Shown here: positions 24,104-36,579 of the stretch, piece by piece | Numbering within the stretch: the stretch's first letter is position 1 | Layout of the letters: the number at the start of each line of letters is the position of its first letter | NCBI RefSeq assembly: GCF_963921235.1 | Contig: NC_086108.1 | Span: forward strand, 10,912,001-10,976,000 | Source of the DNA: Mobula hypostoma | Lineage: Eukaryota | DNA: 64,000 nt | Direction: 5' to 3' | Translations under genes and position numbers: made by a program | Notes under the pieces: model-generated | Told to the model about the DNA's origin: nothing | The model's input: only the letters and a program-made list of their open reading frames with translations | Databases searched by the model: none

Positions 24104-25087
24104 GAGGCATTTCAATATTCAATAGGTTTCAATGGGACCCCCCCCCCCCACAGTCTGCTAAATTCCAGTGGGTACAGATCCAAGGCCATGAAACACTCCT
24201 CATAAGTTTTCCTCCCAGGATCATTCTCATCAAGCACCCTTGGACCCTGTCCAACATCAGTACATCCACTCTTTCATAAGGGTCCCAGAATGGCCCTCAA
24301 TCCTCATAAAACATCAGATAATGGGTTAAATCAGGAATACAACTGTAGTTACCCTGCCAGTGACCTAAACCCTCATCTGATTCACCTAAGTCCTTACCCT
24401 GTCTGGCGTAAAGGTAACACAAGGTCCAGCAAGACAGTTGACCTGGCTAAACAGTCAGACATACTTTCACAGGGTGGAAATGACAAATATATTTTAGGGG
24501 GAGGGGAATTTAAAGGAGATGTAAGGGTCAAACGTTTTACACAGAGAGTGTTGGGTCCCTGGAAAGGCTGCCGGTGGTGGTGGTGATGGAAGCAGATATG
24601 ATGGTGATATGTTAGAGTCTGTTAGATAACACGTGGTTATGAAGGGAATAGAGGGATATAGTTTGTGTGCAGACAGAGGGATTTAAATTAGGATCATGTC
24701 TAGCACAGTGGCGCTCTGATTCTGTCCACTGGAAGCCGCTTGCCCTCCTGCAGGCAGTGTCCCTGGCTGCGAAAGTGCGTCACAAAGGCGTGCCATCTTA
24801 GAGGGCAGTGACTATACTAGTATCACTGCAAAGTCCTGAGGTGGAGAGCCAACAGCTGGGGAAGAGAAGTACAAGTCTACCCCCAGCAGAACACCTACAA
24901 GCGGTCCAAAAGAAACAGTTCAGAGACGAGACTGGACGGACGGGAGGGGAGAAGGAGACAGCTTGGAAGTTCGTACGGTGTTGAAAAGAAGCCTCAGTGC
25001 CATCCGCACAGCAGTCACAAACAGGTGAAAACACTTTCCCGACTGGTCTGCTGCTCCAAAGTCCGAGGTCCTCTTCACCCAGCCAGA

Positions 25088-25495
25088 ATTGAGAAGATTG
25101 AGAGGGGATCTTATAGAAACATATAGTTATGAAAGGGATAGATAAGATAGAGGCAGGAAAGTTGTGTCAACTGGTAGGTGAGACTAGAACTAGGGGACAT
25201 AGCCTTAAGGATCAGGGGAGTAGATTTAGGACAGAGATGAGGAGGAACTGCTTTTCCCAGAGAGTGGTGAACCTGTGGAATTCTCTGTCCAATGAAGCAA
25301 TGGAGGCACCCTCAGTAAATATACTTAAGACAAGGTTGGATAGATTTTTGCATCATAGGGGAATTAAGGGTTATGGGGAAAAGGCAGGTAGGTGGAGATG
25401 AGTCCATGGCCAGACCAGTCATGATCTTATTGAATGGTGGAGCAGGCTGGATGGGCCAGATGGCTGACTCCTGCTCCTATTCCTTATGTTCTGAT
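25088..25495 (+). mobile_element. CR1 LINE 3' end (5'-truncated insertion)
   Basis: TRTRGHSLKDQGSRFRTEMRRNCFSQRVVNLWNSL; tail cttatgttctgatg. Confidence 0.9.
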
Positions 25496-26162
25496 GTTCA
25501 GCGCCAAGAAACGCGGACTAAAAAGCTTCACCGAAACAAATCCTTCCAGGTAAGGAAACTGCTTCAGTCTGCTACCGAGGTGATATTCCACACTCCCAAA
25601 GTCCTCTGACGGTCTCTAAAACCGTTCTTTGGCAATTTTGCAGCAAATCTTCACCTTTAGGAGAGAGAGCTCTCTCAGTACAGCCCCTCCCTCAGCATTC
25701 CCCACTCACTGGGCAGCCCTCTCACTGCAGGGTGCTGGGTGTACTGGTCACAGTCACCTTGGTGAGTTACCGGCTGAAGATGACCACCCTGACACCAGCT
25801 GTTACCTTTTGTTTTCCGAAAATGTCACAGTTCACCAAACTTCTGAAGTGCTAATTGAAGAAGAAACACAATTATTATTCAGCGAAGAATTGCTGGAGTG
25901 TTAATGAAATGATCTTTATGTTGCATCACAATCAGTTCTGCCAGGTTCAATTCCCCTGTGCTGCATTCTTCTGGAGTGAGAGCTGCGAGCAGTGGCAAGA
26001 GCTGTTCATGGGAGGTGAGTGTTTGTGATGGGAACAGAATCTTGTACAAAGCCAGCAATAGACAGGTTACCCACAAAAGAGAAAAATGAGGGGTGAACCC
26101 TGTCGGCCAGGCAGAATCTATGGGAAACAGTCGATGTTATGGGCTGAGTCCCTTCATCGGGC

Positions 26163-27006
26163 AGAAGATGGCGCCGGTGAACAACGCTCCCCACAGGCGA
26201 CATCTTCAAGACTGGTCATGAGGCAACTCCTTTTATCTCTTGTACATCTTTTTATTTCAGATGTGATTCTGCTACTGTTCGAGTCTGTTATCTACAATCA
26301 GGCGGTGTGATTTCGGGCCAATCGGGTGATCTGGCGCTTTGCTGCCTCACGGGGCTGTGACCAAAGTGTGGGGCATAAAGACCAGGGAGCGAGCCCGTGA
26401 ATGACTCCCTCTCTCGCCGAGGAGACGGAGATCATCGAGGCGGGGGTGGAAGGCGAACGAGTGTTCAATGCTGTCAATCAGCCTCTCAGCTCGCTGCTGC
26501 TGGAGAAACGTGTCTGCGCGGGATAGTTTCTCGCTCTCTCTCACTTGCTGCTCCCAGAGGGAAGGTCCCTGTGTTTCAGTGATCTCTCTCTCTCTCTCAA
26601 TGCTGTGGGCGGATGATGCCTGAGCAAGGTTTAATCTACACGGATTGCAGAATTGGACTCCAGTTCAGGGTCATGATGTGTTCTCGGTTCTAGTTCTAGT
26701 TCGGGCTGCTCTTTTTTGTTACTACTTTTGGGCGATTTTTGAATATGGTCATCCCACAGACAATGAACACCACGCTGAACTGTACTGAAACATGCCTTTG
26801 GTTTTGAGCTTTATATAGTGTTTTCACTCATTTGATGTTGCCGTTTGCGCGTATTTCTTATGTGTGAGTTGGGCGGGGGGGGGATGTCTGATGTTTTTTT
26901 GAACAGCTTTCACGGTACTTTGTTTTGTGACTGTGGCGGGGAAGATGAATAACAGGGTCATAGATTGCACAGACACTTTAATAATAAACATACTTTGAAT
27001 CTTGAA
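26163..27006 (+). mobile_element. Apparently complete non-autonomous retroposon: AAGATGGCG 5' end, Rex1-like 3' tail
   Basis: Starts GAAGATGGCGCC (YY1-type motif), has no coding motif, ends AATAAACATACTTTGAATCTTGAA. Confidence 0.6.
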
Positions 27007-27037
27007 GAGTCTCAGCCCAAAATGCCAACTGTTCAAT

Positions 27038-27985
27038 GATAATAATAATAAGTACTTTATTGATCCTGAGTGGCAAATTATTTTGGTATAGCAACAACAT
27101 TTAAAAACACACTTAGCAAAAACAATAAATGCAATAACAATATTAACTAATAATAAAGTACAGAATAATAATATACATAATAATAATTTACCAATGTGCA
27201 ATAATAATGCACGGAATAATAAAACAGAAACTATTGTATTATGATGTGTGTTCTCCTGTCACACAGAGATGGACTTTTTGGTAGGAACGATTTTCTGTGA
27301 CGATCTTTGTGAGAGTGGAGCTGAATGAGCCTGTTTGAAAAGGTACTCCGCTGCTTATTCAGTGGGTCATGGAGAGGATGTGCCAGATTGTCCATAATGG
27401 ATAATAGTTTGTTTAGTGACTGCCTCTCCACAACTAACTCAAAATAGTTCGGGTTGTAGCCAAGGACGGATCCAGCCTCTTTAATGAGTTTATTTAATCT
27501 TCTTACATCACCAGCACCGATGCTGTTCCCTCAACATAAAGCTGCAAAGAAGACTGCTCTCGTTACAAAAGACCGGTAAAAGATCTCCACCATCCTGCCG
27601 CACATATTGAAGGATCTCGGCTTCCTTAGAAACTAGAGTCTGTTCATCCCCTTCTTGTAAACAGCCTTGGTGTTGATTTTCCAGTCAAGAATGTTGTAGA
27701 GGTGAACACCCAAGTATTTGTACTCCTCCACCACCACAACCTCTTCTCCCAGAATGTATACAGGGCTCGTCACAGTCCTCTTCCTCCTAAAATCAATCAC
27801 CATCTCCCTGGATTTGGCCACATTCGGGAGTAGGTGATTCCACCCTCAACACTCCACAAACCTGTCCACCAGTCCTCAGTACTCTGACTCCTGCCCATCT
27901 CTGATACACCCAGCCACCGCAGAGTCATCAGAGAAGATCCGCAAGTGACAAGACTCAGAGTTGCACTGACAGTCTGAGATGTACA
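27038..27985 (-). mobile_element. Rex1-like LINE 3' portion with (ATT)n tail
   Basis: AKSREMVIDFRRK...YKYLGVHL and HPLHDPLNKQRSTFSNRLIQL..KDRHRKSFLP; FSDDSAVAGCI motif at about 27905-27935. Confidence 0.85.
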
Positions 27986-28544
27986 CTGAACAGAAACGGA
28001 GACAGGACAGTCCCTTCTGTGGGTGGGGGGGGGGAGGTAGGGGAAGAGAGAGATTGTTGAGTGCAGAAACCTCCGGTTATTGCACCCACTCTCTCGATGT
28101 TTTGATCTCTACACTTCGGTCAGAAACATCAGCGAGGAAGGGGGGGTCGTCCACGAGGCCGTACCCCAAAGGTGGATGTCTTGAATGGCGAACTGCTCAT
28201 CGAATTCCGAGAATGAGAATCTACACCCTTGAAAAGTGCATTTTGAGTGCAGCTGCAGATCATGGACTCTGAAAGGACTGGAAGCACCTTGAAAAGTTAA
28301 AAAGAGACATGAGAAGAGGAGATGAACAAAGTGACATGCAGAGGTGATTTCCACCCTAGGCAGTAAGGACAGAGGTTTTCACTGTTGCGATCAACTTCCT
28401 TCACAAACTTATGAACATAGGCCACGAGTCTCCTCATACCTGTTGTGCCCCATGCCTGATCTGACTGTAGTTTTGATGGCCCACAATCACATTTCATAAA
28501 CCCACCCCCCGTTTCTCCTGACAGAAAGTGGTCGTTCCACATCA

Positions 28545-29010
28545 GGGGCTATATTTCATTAGGAGTTTGAGAAGATTTGCATGTCACCAAAGACTCTCGT
28601 AAATTTATACAGTTGTACCGTGGAGAGCATTCAGACTGGCTGCATTACCATCTTGTATGGAGGGAGGGGTCGCTGCACAGGATCGGAAAAAGCTGCAAAC
28701 TCTGCCAAATTCTGGGCACCAGCCTCCTTAGCATCCAGGAGACCTTCAAAAGGTGATGCCTCAAAAAGGCAACATCTATCATTAGGGTCCCCCACTAGCC
28801 AGGACATGCCCTCTTCTCATTGTTACCATCAGGAAGGAGGTACAGAAGACTAAAGGCACACACTCGAAGTGTCAACAACAGCTTCTTCCCCTCAGCCATA
28901 AAATTATGAACAGACAATGAACCCATGAAGATTATCTCACTATTTTAGCTCTCTTTTGAACAAATTTATTTAATTTTTGTAGACCTTTCTCATAATATAT
29001 ATTTTTTTTG
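28545..29010 (+). mobile_element. Rex1/Babar-like LINE 3' fragment (tail resumes about 30769-30810 after the Tigger)
   Basis: LYFIRSLRRF.MSPKTLVNLYSCTVESIQTGCIT motif. Confidence 0.75.
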
Positions 29011-29563
29011 TACAGGTTTTCCCCGCCATCCGAAGGTAGACCGTTCCTATGAAACGGTTCGTAAGCCAGAATGTTGTAAAGCGAAGAAGCAATTACCATT
29101 AATTTATAAGGGAAAAATTTGTGAGCGTTCACAGACCCAAAAATAACCCACCAAATCATGTCAAATAACACATAAAACCTAAAATAACAGTAACATGTAG
29201 TAAAAGCAGGAATGATATGATAAATATATGGCCTATATAAAGTAGAATTACTTTTCTACAATCATTGCCGCACTGTTCTCCGTAGTGAAAATCCCACGCA
29301 AGCGCTCTCGGCAGAAACACTCTCTCCAGTAACCTTTAAACTATGAAGCTGCCAAATCATACCAAATAATGCTTAAAAATACACAGCCAATATAAAGTAG
29401 AAATAATGTATGTACAGTGTAGTATCACTTAACGGGAATCAGGAAGACAGCACAGAGCACACTGATGGTGGTGTATTAGGCTGAGTCGTCGGAGGTTGGG
29501 GTGGTGCAGTGGTCCCCATCCTCCGGGCAGTGAAATGATACCAATCCGTGAAGCACGCAGCGG

Positions 29564-29799
29564 TGCAGTGGTGGCCGGGACGCACCCAGCACATCTTTAA
29601 GAAAAAAGTCTAAATAAACAAGCTAATTAATTATGTGCCGCCCGGCACGTAAATGTCAGCCCAGATCAGAGGCTACGCAATCGGCAATTGCCTCTGATCT
29701 GGGCCGATATTTATGTGCCGGGCGGCACCTAATTAATTAGCTTGTTTATTTTGGCTTTTTTCTTAAAGATGTGCTGGGTGCGTCCCAGCTAACACTGCA
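29564..29799. repeat. Long inverted repeat (about 110-bp arms, 16-nt loop) inside the Tigger
   Basis: 29564-29673 is a near-perfect reverse complement of 29690-29799. Confidence 0.9.
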
Positions 29800-30274
29800 T
29801 TCTCCGCGGCAATGTATCGGTCCGTGGCCCAGGGTTTGGGGTGGTGGTACACTGGGATGTCATCTCATCGTCGATCAGGGCAAGCAGGTCACCTTCTTCT
29901 ATGTCTGCCTGCCTCAATGTCGAAGGTGGAGGTTCGTTGTCTGCTGTGGCTGATGTGGAAGGCTTGCTTGACTGCTAGCCTCATGCATTTTTCAATCATG
30001 CAGTTCTTTGTAAGCACTCAAACCATCTTGCAAATATGCCCTAAACCGACGTACCCTTTCAAAATTAAAGTCGTACTTCATCATTGCAGCAAAAATCTCA
30101 CGCAGTTGCTTCACGTTCAGTTCCTGGAAGACTTCACTTTCGCTACTGCTTTCGGTTTCAGTTGTTATCCTTTCCTCTTCCAATTGCATCAGTTCTTGGT
30201 CATGGGATGCCAAAACCTCTTCAACATCATCTTCGTCAACTTCCACAAGCCAAACTCACTTTGTCCTCGCTTCA

Positions 30275-30451
30275 AAGTTGCTGGTGAACGCAGCAGGCCA
30301 GGCAGCATCTCTAGGAAGAGGTGCAGTCAACGTTTCAGGCCGAGAAAACGTCGACTGCACCTCTTCCTAGAGATGCTGCCTGGCCTGCTGCGTTCACCAG
30401 CAACTTTGATGTGTGTTGCTTGAATCTCCAGCATCTGCAGAATTCCTGTTG
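30275..30451. mobile_element. Inverted (head-to-head) PLE terminal-repeat insertion
   Basis: Arms of about 60 bp in inverted orientation; TSD TTTGTCCTCGCTTCA (30260-74) / TTTGTCCTTGCTTCA (30452-66). Confidence 0.85.
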
Positions 30452-30819
30452 TTTGTCCTTGCTTCATTCACCACGATCGAAATGCTTAATTATGTCTAGT
30501 TTTACGCTAAGTATAACACCCTTACGAGCTCTCTTAGGCTTTTCTGATACCTTAGAACTCATCTTGCTAACGGCCGCTCACAGGCACGTGTTTAAGCAAT
30601 GCTGGCGAGAATGCCGTTCCGGGGGAGGAGCGGTTGCTCGGGGTGCGTGCTGCCTTTTTTCATAACAGTGAAAACACCTTCTGTTAGCGAAAATGGGGAA
30701 CTAATGTAGGTCTTTCGTAACAGTGAGGTTTCGTAAAGCAAACTTTCAAAAAACAGGGGACATCTGTATTGCATTGTACTGCTGCCACAAAACAACAAGT
30801 TTCATGACATAGGATAACA

Positions 30820-31090
30820 TAGTAGTGTCGTGGTCAACACAACACTTTACAGTACTGGCATCCCAGGTTCAGTTCCTGCCGGCTGTTTGGAAGGAGTTTG
30901 TACGTTCTCCCCGTAACCACGTGGGTTTCCTCCGAGTGCTCTGGTTTCTTCCCAAAGATGTACTGGTTGGAAGGGTAATTGGTATTGTAAATTGACCTGT
31001 GATAAGACCAGGGTTAAATCTGAAGACTGCTGGGTGGTGAGGCTCAAAGGACCAGATGAGCCTATTCCTCACTGCATCCCAATAAAATAA
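30820..31090 (+). mobile_element. V-SINE/HE1-like SINE
   Basis: ggttcagttcc B-box-like; GGAGTTTGTACGTTCTCCCCGT...GTGGGTTTCCTCCGAGTGCTCTGGTTTCTTCCCA V-domain; AAAT tail. Confidence 0.75.
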
Positions 31091-31254
31091 ATCAAATGTT
31101 TGATGTTAAACCAAATTCCGATTCTGAGATAGTGGATGCCCCATTTACAGTCAGCTTGCTGGTCTAGGTGCTACAATGTAAGGCCGGGCTTTATTACCCA
31201 CCCCTAATTGCCCTTCTACTGGTCAGAGTGATCCACTGGAACCTCTGTAGTTCA

Positions 31255-31770
31255 CCATAGGAACATCCTCTCCACATCCACTCATGGCCTTTCAACATTC
31301 AATGGGTTTCAATGAGATCACTGCTCATTCTCCTGAATTCCAGTGAGTACAGGCCCAGTGCCATCAAATGCTCTTCATACGACAAGCCTTTCAATCCCGG
31401 AATCATTCTCTTGAACTTCATTTGAACCCTCTCCAATGTCAGCACATGCTTCCTTAGATAAGGGGCCCAAAACTGCTCACAATACACTCTAGATGAGGCC
31501 TCACCAGTGCCATATAAGGCCTCAACATTATATCCTTGCTATTACAACACCAGCGAGCCGGGTTCACTCTGCCACTGTCTGTAAAGAGTTTGCCCGTTCT
31601 CACTGTGACTGCACTGGGTTTCCACCAGATGCTCCAGTTTCTTCCCACATTCCAAAGACATGCCGGTTAGGTTTTGCACGTTGTGGGCATGCCATGTTGG
31701 TGCCAGAAGCATGGAGACACTTGTGGAATGTCCCCAGCACCTCCATAAACTGTGTTGATACATTTCAAAG
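31255..31770. mobile_element. CR1 fragment (minus, about 31255-31540) and V-SINE fragment (plus, about 31545-31770)
   Basis: YCEQFWAPYLRKHVLTLERVQ; gagtttgcccgttctc...gggtttccaccagatgctccagtttcttcccacattccaaagac. Confidence 0.75.
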
Positions 31771-32241
31771 TTCAAAGTAACTGCGTTATCAAAGTACACA
31801 TATGTCATCGCACACAACCCTGAGATTCATTTCCTGCAGGCATACTCAATAAATCTATGGAATTATAACTAGACAGATTATGAGAACACTCAGTCCTCTT
31901 TTATTGTCATTTAGAAATGCATACGTGAAAAGAAGAAACAATAATAATAAATAAATAAGCAATAAATATTGAGCACATGAGAGTCTTTGAAAGTGAGTCC
32001 ATAGATAGTGGGAACATTTCAATGATGGGGCAAGTGAAGTTGAGCGATATTATCCCTTTTGGTTCAGGAGCCTGATAGTTGTGGGGTTATAACTCTTCCT
32101 AAACCTGGTGGTGTGGGACCTAAGGCTCATTGTGGTGAGTGAAGTTATCCACACTGGTTCAGGATCCTGATGGTTGTAGGGCAACAACTGTTCCTGAACC
32201 TGGTAGTGTGGGACCTGAGGCTCATTGTGGTGAGTGAAGTT
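31765..32241 (-). repeat. Rex1-like 3' end whose terminal coding segment is amplified as a 95-bp tandem repeat (left part)
   Basis: GAAGTT recurs at 32141 and 32236; the unit encodes SLRSHTTRFR.SY.PTTIRLLNQ on the minus strand. Confidence 0.8.
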
Positions 32242-32546
32242 CAAATAAGGAAGTCTGAGAGTCGGAGCGGGAGTGCGGAGGAAGCCATTTTTGAATTTTT
32301 TGGGTTTTTTTTCCATCGGCGTTCAGAGAGGCGGGACTGCGCAGGCGTGTGACGTCGGCAGTGAAGCATGGAAGATTTATAAGGAACAGAGCCTCATACA
32401 GCGGGCAGCGTAGTTTGCGGGTGGCGGAGTGAGCTGGGAGCAGAGTGAAGGCTTAAGGGCTTCGGCTCCACGGGCTTGGGTGGAAACGGGCGAGGTGAGG
32501 AGAGTTTGGTATTTATTTTTTGTTGTTATTTGAGGAGAGGAGCAGT

Positions 32547-33468
32547 ATGAGTGTGAGGGCAGTTTGTTGTTCTCGGTGCCGGATGTGGGAGGCCCTGGAG
32601 TCTCCTAGCCTCCCGGACGTCCACATCTGCGCCAGGTGCGCCGAGATGCAGCTCCTAAGGGACCGCGTTAGGGAACTGGAGCTGCAGCTCGATGACCTTC
32701 ATCTGGTCAGGGAGAGTGAGGAGTTACAGGCAGGTGGTCACACCGGGGCCACGGGAAGCAGACAAGCAGGTTACGGTTAGGAAGGGGAAGGGGAAGAGTC
32801 AGGTAATAGAGAGTACTCCGGTGGCTGTGCCCCTTGACAATAGGTACTCCTGTTTGAGTACTGTTGGGGGGACAGCTTACCTGGGGGGAAGCGACAGTGG
32901 CCGTGCCTCCATCACAGAGTCCGGCCCTGTAGCTCAGAAGGGTAGGGCAAGGAAGAGGAGGGCAGTTGTGATAGGGGACTCAATAGTAAGGGGGTCAGAT
33001 AGGCGATTCTGTGGACGCAGTTCAGACACCCGGATGGTAGTTTGCCTCCCTGGTGCCAGGGTCCGGGATATTTCTGATCGCGTCCAAGATATCTTGAAGT
33101 GGGAGGGTAAGGAACCAGAGGTTGTGGTACATATAGGTACCAATGACATAAGTAGGAAAAGGGAAAAGGTCCTGAAAGGAGAATATAGGGAGTTAGGAAG
33201 GGAGTTGAGAAAAAGGACCGCAAAGGTAGTAATCTCGGGATTACTGCCTGTGCCACGCGACAGTGAGAGTAGGAATGGAATGAGGTGGAGGATAAATGCG
33301 TGGCTGAGGGATTGGAGCAGGAGGCAGGGATTCAAGTTTTTGGATCATTGGGACCTCTTTTGGTGCAGGCGTGACCTGTACAAAAAGGACGGCTTACACT
33401 TGAATCCTAGGGGGACCAATATCCTGGTGGGGAGATTTGCGAGGGCTACTGAGGTGACTTTAAACTAG
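32547..33468 (+). pseudogene. CR1 ORF1 (zinc finger, coiled coil, SGNH esterase), one frameshift near 32720
   Basis: CSRC...HICARC; LRDRVRELELQLDDL; VIGDSIVRG, HIGTND, DGLHLN. Confidence 0.9.
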
Positions 33469-33699
33469 AATTGTTGGGGGGGGTGGGAGTCAAATTAAAG
33501 AGACTGGGAGAGAGGAGGTTAGTTCACGACAGGGGGATGGGAACAAGTGCAGAGAGACAGGGGGTGTAAAATGAGGGTAGAAGCAAAAAGCAGTAAGGTG
33601 AAAAGTAAAAGTGGCAGGCCGGCAAATCCAAGGCAAAAATCAAAAAGGGCCACCTTTCAACATAATTGTATAAGGGCTAAGGGTGTTGTAAAAGTGATC

Positions 33700-36505
33700 C
33701 TGAAGGCTTTGTGTGTCAATGCAAGGAGCATTCGTAACAAGGTGGATGAATTAAAAGTGCAGATTGTTATTAATGAATATGATATAGTTGGGATCACAGA
33801 GACATGGCTCTAGGGTGACCAGGGATGGGAACTCAACATTCGGGGATATTCAATATTCAGGAGGGATAGACATGAAAGAAAAGGAGGTGGGGTGGCGTTG
33901 CTGGTTAGAGAGGAGATTAACGCGATAGAAAGGAAGGACATAAGCCGGGAAGGTGTGGAATCGATATGGGTAGAGTTGCATAACACTAAGGGGCAGAAAA
34001 CACTGGTGGGAGTTGTGTACAGGCCACCTAACAGTAGTAGTGAGATTGGGGATGGTATTAAACAGGAAATTAGAAATGTGTGCAATAAAGGAACAGCAGT
34101 TATAATGGGTGACTTCAATCTGCATATAGATTGGGTGAACCAAATTGGTAAGGGGGCTGAGGAAGAGGATTTCTTGGAATGTATGCGGGATGGTTTTTTG
34201 AACCAACATGTCAAGGAACCAACTAGAGAGCAGGCTATTCTGGACTGGGTATTGAGCAATGAGGAAGGGTTAATTAGCAATCTTGTCATGAGAGGCCCCT
34301 TGGGTAAGAGTGACCATAATATGGTGGAATTCTTTATTAAGATGGAGATTGACGTAGCTAATTCAGAAACAAAGGTTCTGAACTTAAAGAAGGGCAACTT
34401 TGAAGGTACGAGACGTGAATTAGCTAAGATAGACTGGCAAATGACACTTAAAGAGTTGACGGTGGATATGCAATGGCAAGCATTTAAAGATTGCATGGAT
34501 GAACGACAACAATTGTTCATCCCAGTTTGGCAAAAGAATGAATCAAGGAAGGTAGTGCACCCGTGGCTGACAAGAGAAATTAGGGATAGTATCAATTCCA
34601 AAGAAGAAGCATACAAATTAGACAGAAAAAGTCACCTGAGGACTGGGAGAAATTCAGAGTCCAGCAGAGGAGGACAAAGGGCTTAATTAGGAAGGGGAAA
34701 AAAGATTATGAGAGAAAACTGGCAGGGAACATAAAAACTGACTGTAAAAGCTTTTATAGATATCTGAAAAGAAAAAGATTGGTTAAGACAAATGTAGGTC
34801 CCCTACAGACAGAAACAGGTGAATTGATTATGGGGAGCAAGGACATGGCAGACCAATTGAGTAACTACTTTGGTTCTGTCTTCACTAAAGAGGACATAAA
34901 TAAACTTCTGGAAATAGTAGGGGACAGAGGGTCCAGTGAGATGGAGGAACTGAGCGAAATACATGTTAGTAGGGAAGTGGTATTAGATAAATTGAAGGGA
35001 ATAAAGGCAGATAAATCCCCAGGGCCAGATGGTCCGCATCCCAGAGTGCTTAAGGAAGTAGCCCAAGAAATAGTGGATGCATTACTGATAATTTTGCAAA
35101 ACTCTTTAGATTTCGGTCTAGTTCCTGAGGATTGGAGGGTGGCTAATGGAACCCCACTTTTTGAAAAAGGAGGGAGACAGAAACCGGGGAATTATAGACC
35201 GGTTAGCCTGACATCGGTGGTGGGGAAAATGCTAGAGTCAGTTATCAAAGATGTGATAACAGCACATTTGGAAAGCGGTGAAATCATCGGACAAAGTCAG
35301 CATGGATTTGTGAAAGGAAAATCATGTCTGACAAATCTCATAGAATTTTTTGAGGATGTAGCTAGTAGAGTGGATAGGGGAGAACCAGTGGATGTGGTAT
35401 ATTTGGAATTTCAAAAGGCTTTTGACAAGGTCCCACATAGGAGATTAGTGTGCAAACTTAAGGCACATGGTATTGGGGGTAAAGTATTGATGTGGATAGA
35501 GAATTGGTTGGCAGACAGGAAGCAAAGCGTGGGAATAAACGGGACCTTTTCAGAATGGCAGGCAGTGACTAGTGGGGTACCGCAAGGCTCAGTGCTGGGA
35601 CCCCAGCTGCTTACAATATACATAAATGACTTGGATGAGGGAATTAAATGCAGCATCTCCAAGTTTGCAGATGACACGAAGCTGGGCGGCAGTGTTAGCT
35701 GTGAGGAGGATGCTAAGAGGATGCAGGGTGACTTGGATAGGTTAGGTGAGTGGGCAAATTCATGGCAGATGCAATTTAATGTGGATAAATGTGAGGTTAT
35801 CCACTTTGGTGGCAAAAACAGGAAAACAGATTATTATCTGAATGGTGGCCGATTAGGAAAAGGGGAGGTGCAACGAGACCTGGGTGTCATTATACACCAG
35901 TCATTGAAAGTGGACATGCAGGTACAGCAGACGGTGTAAAAGGCGAATGGTATGCTGGCATTTATACCGAGAGGATTCGAGTACAGGAGCAGGGAGGTAC
36001 TACTGCAGTTGTACAAGGCCTTGGTGAGACCACACCTGGAGCACTGTGTGCAGTTTTGGTCCCCTAATCTAAGGAAGGACATTCTTGCCATAGAGGGAGT
36101 ACAAAGAAGGTTCACCAGATTGATTCCTGGGATGGCAGGACTTTCATATGATGAAAGACTGGATCGACTAGGCTTATACTCGTTGGAATTTAGAAGATTG
36201 AAACATATAAAATCCTAAAGGGATTGGACAGGCCAGATGCAGGAAGATTGTTCCCGATGTTGGGGAAGTCCAGAATGAGGGGTCACAGTTTGAGGATAAA
36301 GGGGAAGTCTTTTAGGACCGAGATTAGGATAAACTTCTTCACACAGAGAGTGGTGAATCTGTGGAATTCTCTACTACAGGAAACAGTTGAGGTCAGTTCA
36401 TTGGCTATATTTAAGAGGGAGTTAGATATGGCCCTTGTGGCTAAAGGGATCGGGGGTATGGGGGGAAGGCTGGTACAGGATTCTGAGTTGGATGATCAGC
36501 CATGA
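33700..36505 (+). pseudogene. CR1 ORF2 (APE endonuclease plus reverse transcriptase), disrupted
   Basis: NARSI, GITETW, VVYRPP, MGDFN, SDH; KSPGPDG, NYRPVSLTS, GVPQGSVLGP, KFADDTK. Stops at 33811 and 35937; frameshifts near 34630 and 36200. Confidence 0.95.
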
Positions 36506-36579
36506 TCGTACTGAATGGCAGTGCAGGCTTGAAGGGCCGAATGGCCTACTCCTGCACCTATTTTCTATGTTTCTATGTT

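Larger units (their letters stand above)
29013..30766 (-). mobile_element. Tigger/pogo-like DNA transposon, internally deleted
   Basis: TA TSDs (29011-12, 30767-68); imperfect TIR CAGGTTTTCCCC / GGGGACATCTG. N-terminal MSSKVSEKPKRARKGVILSVKLDIIKHFDRGE joined directly to C-terminal EVDEDDVEEVLASHDQEL...; DDE core absent. Confidence 0.85.
32242..36579 (+). mobile_element. Near full-length CR1 LINE
   Basis: GC-rich 5' UTR, ORF1, ORF2, 3' UTR and TTTCTATGTTTCTATGTT tail; short duplication AAGTT (32237-41 / 36580-84). Confidence 0.95.

Noticed and set aside
24800..25085. Open frame in GC-rich unique sequence, with a ccag|gtaagg donor-like site near 25550
   Set aside because: Interrupted by a CR1 insertion and no protein similarity recognised.
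25945..26020. Possible 70-nt exon (ccag|GTTCAA...GGGAG|gtgagt)
   Set aside because: Good donor but weak polypyrimidine tract, unrecognisable peptide and no partner exons; needs RNA-seq.
29992..30561. TIGD1-like host gene
   Set aside because: Catalytic domain deleted, stop codons present, interrupted by a PLE, bounded by TIRs and TA duplications.
33810..34616. 268-aa minus-strand ORF and other antisense ORFs over CR1/Gypsy
   Set aside because: Antisense shadows of TE coding sequence with no motifs of their own.
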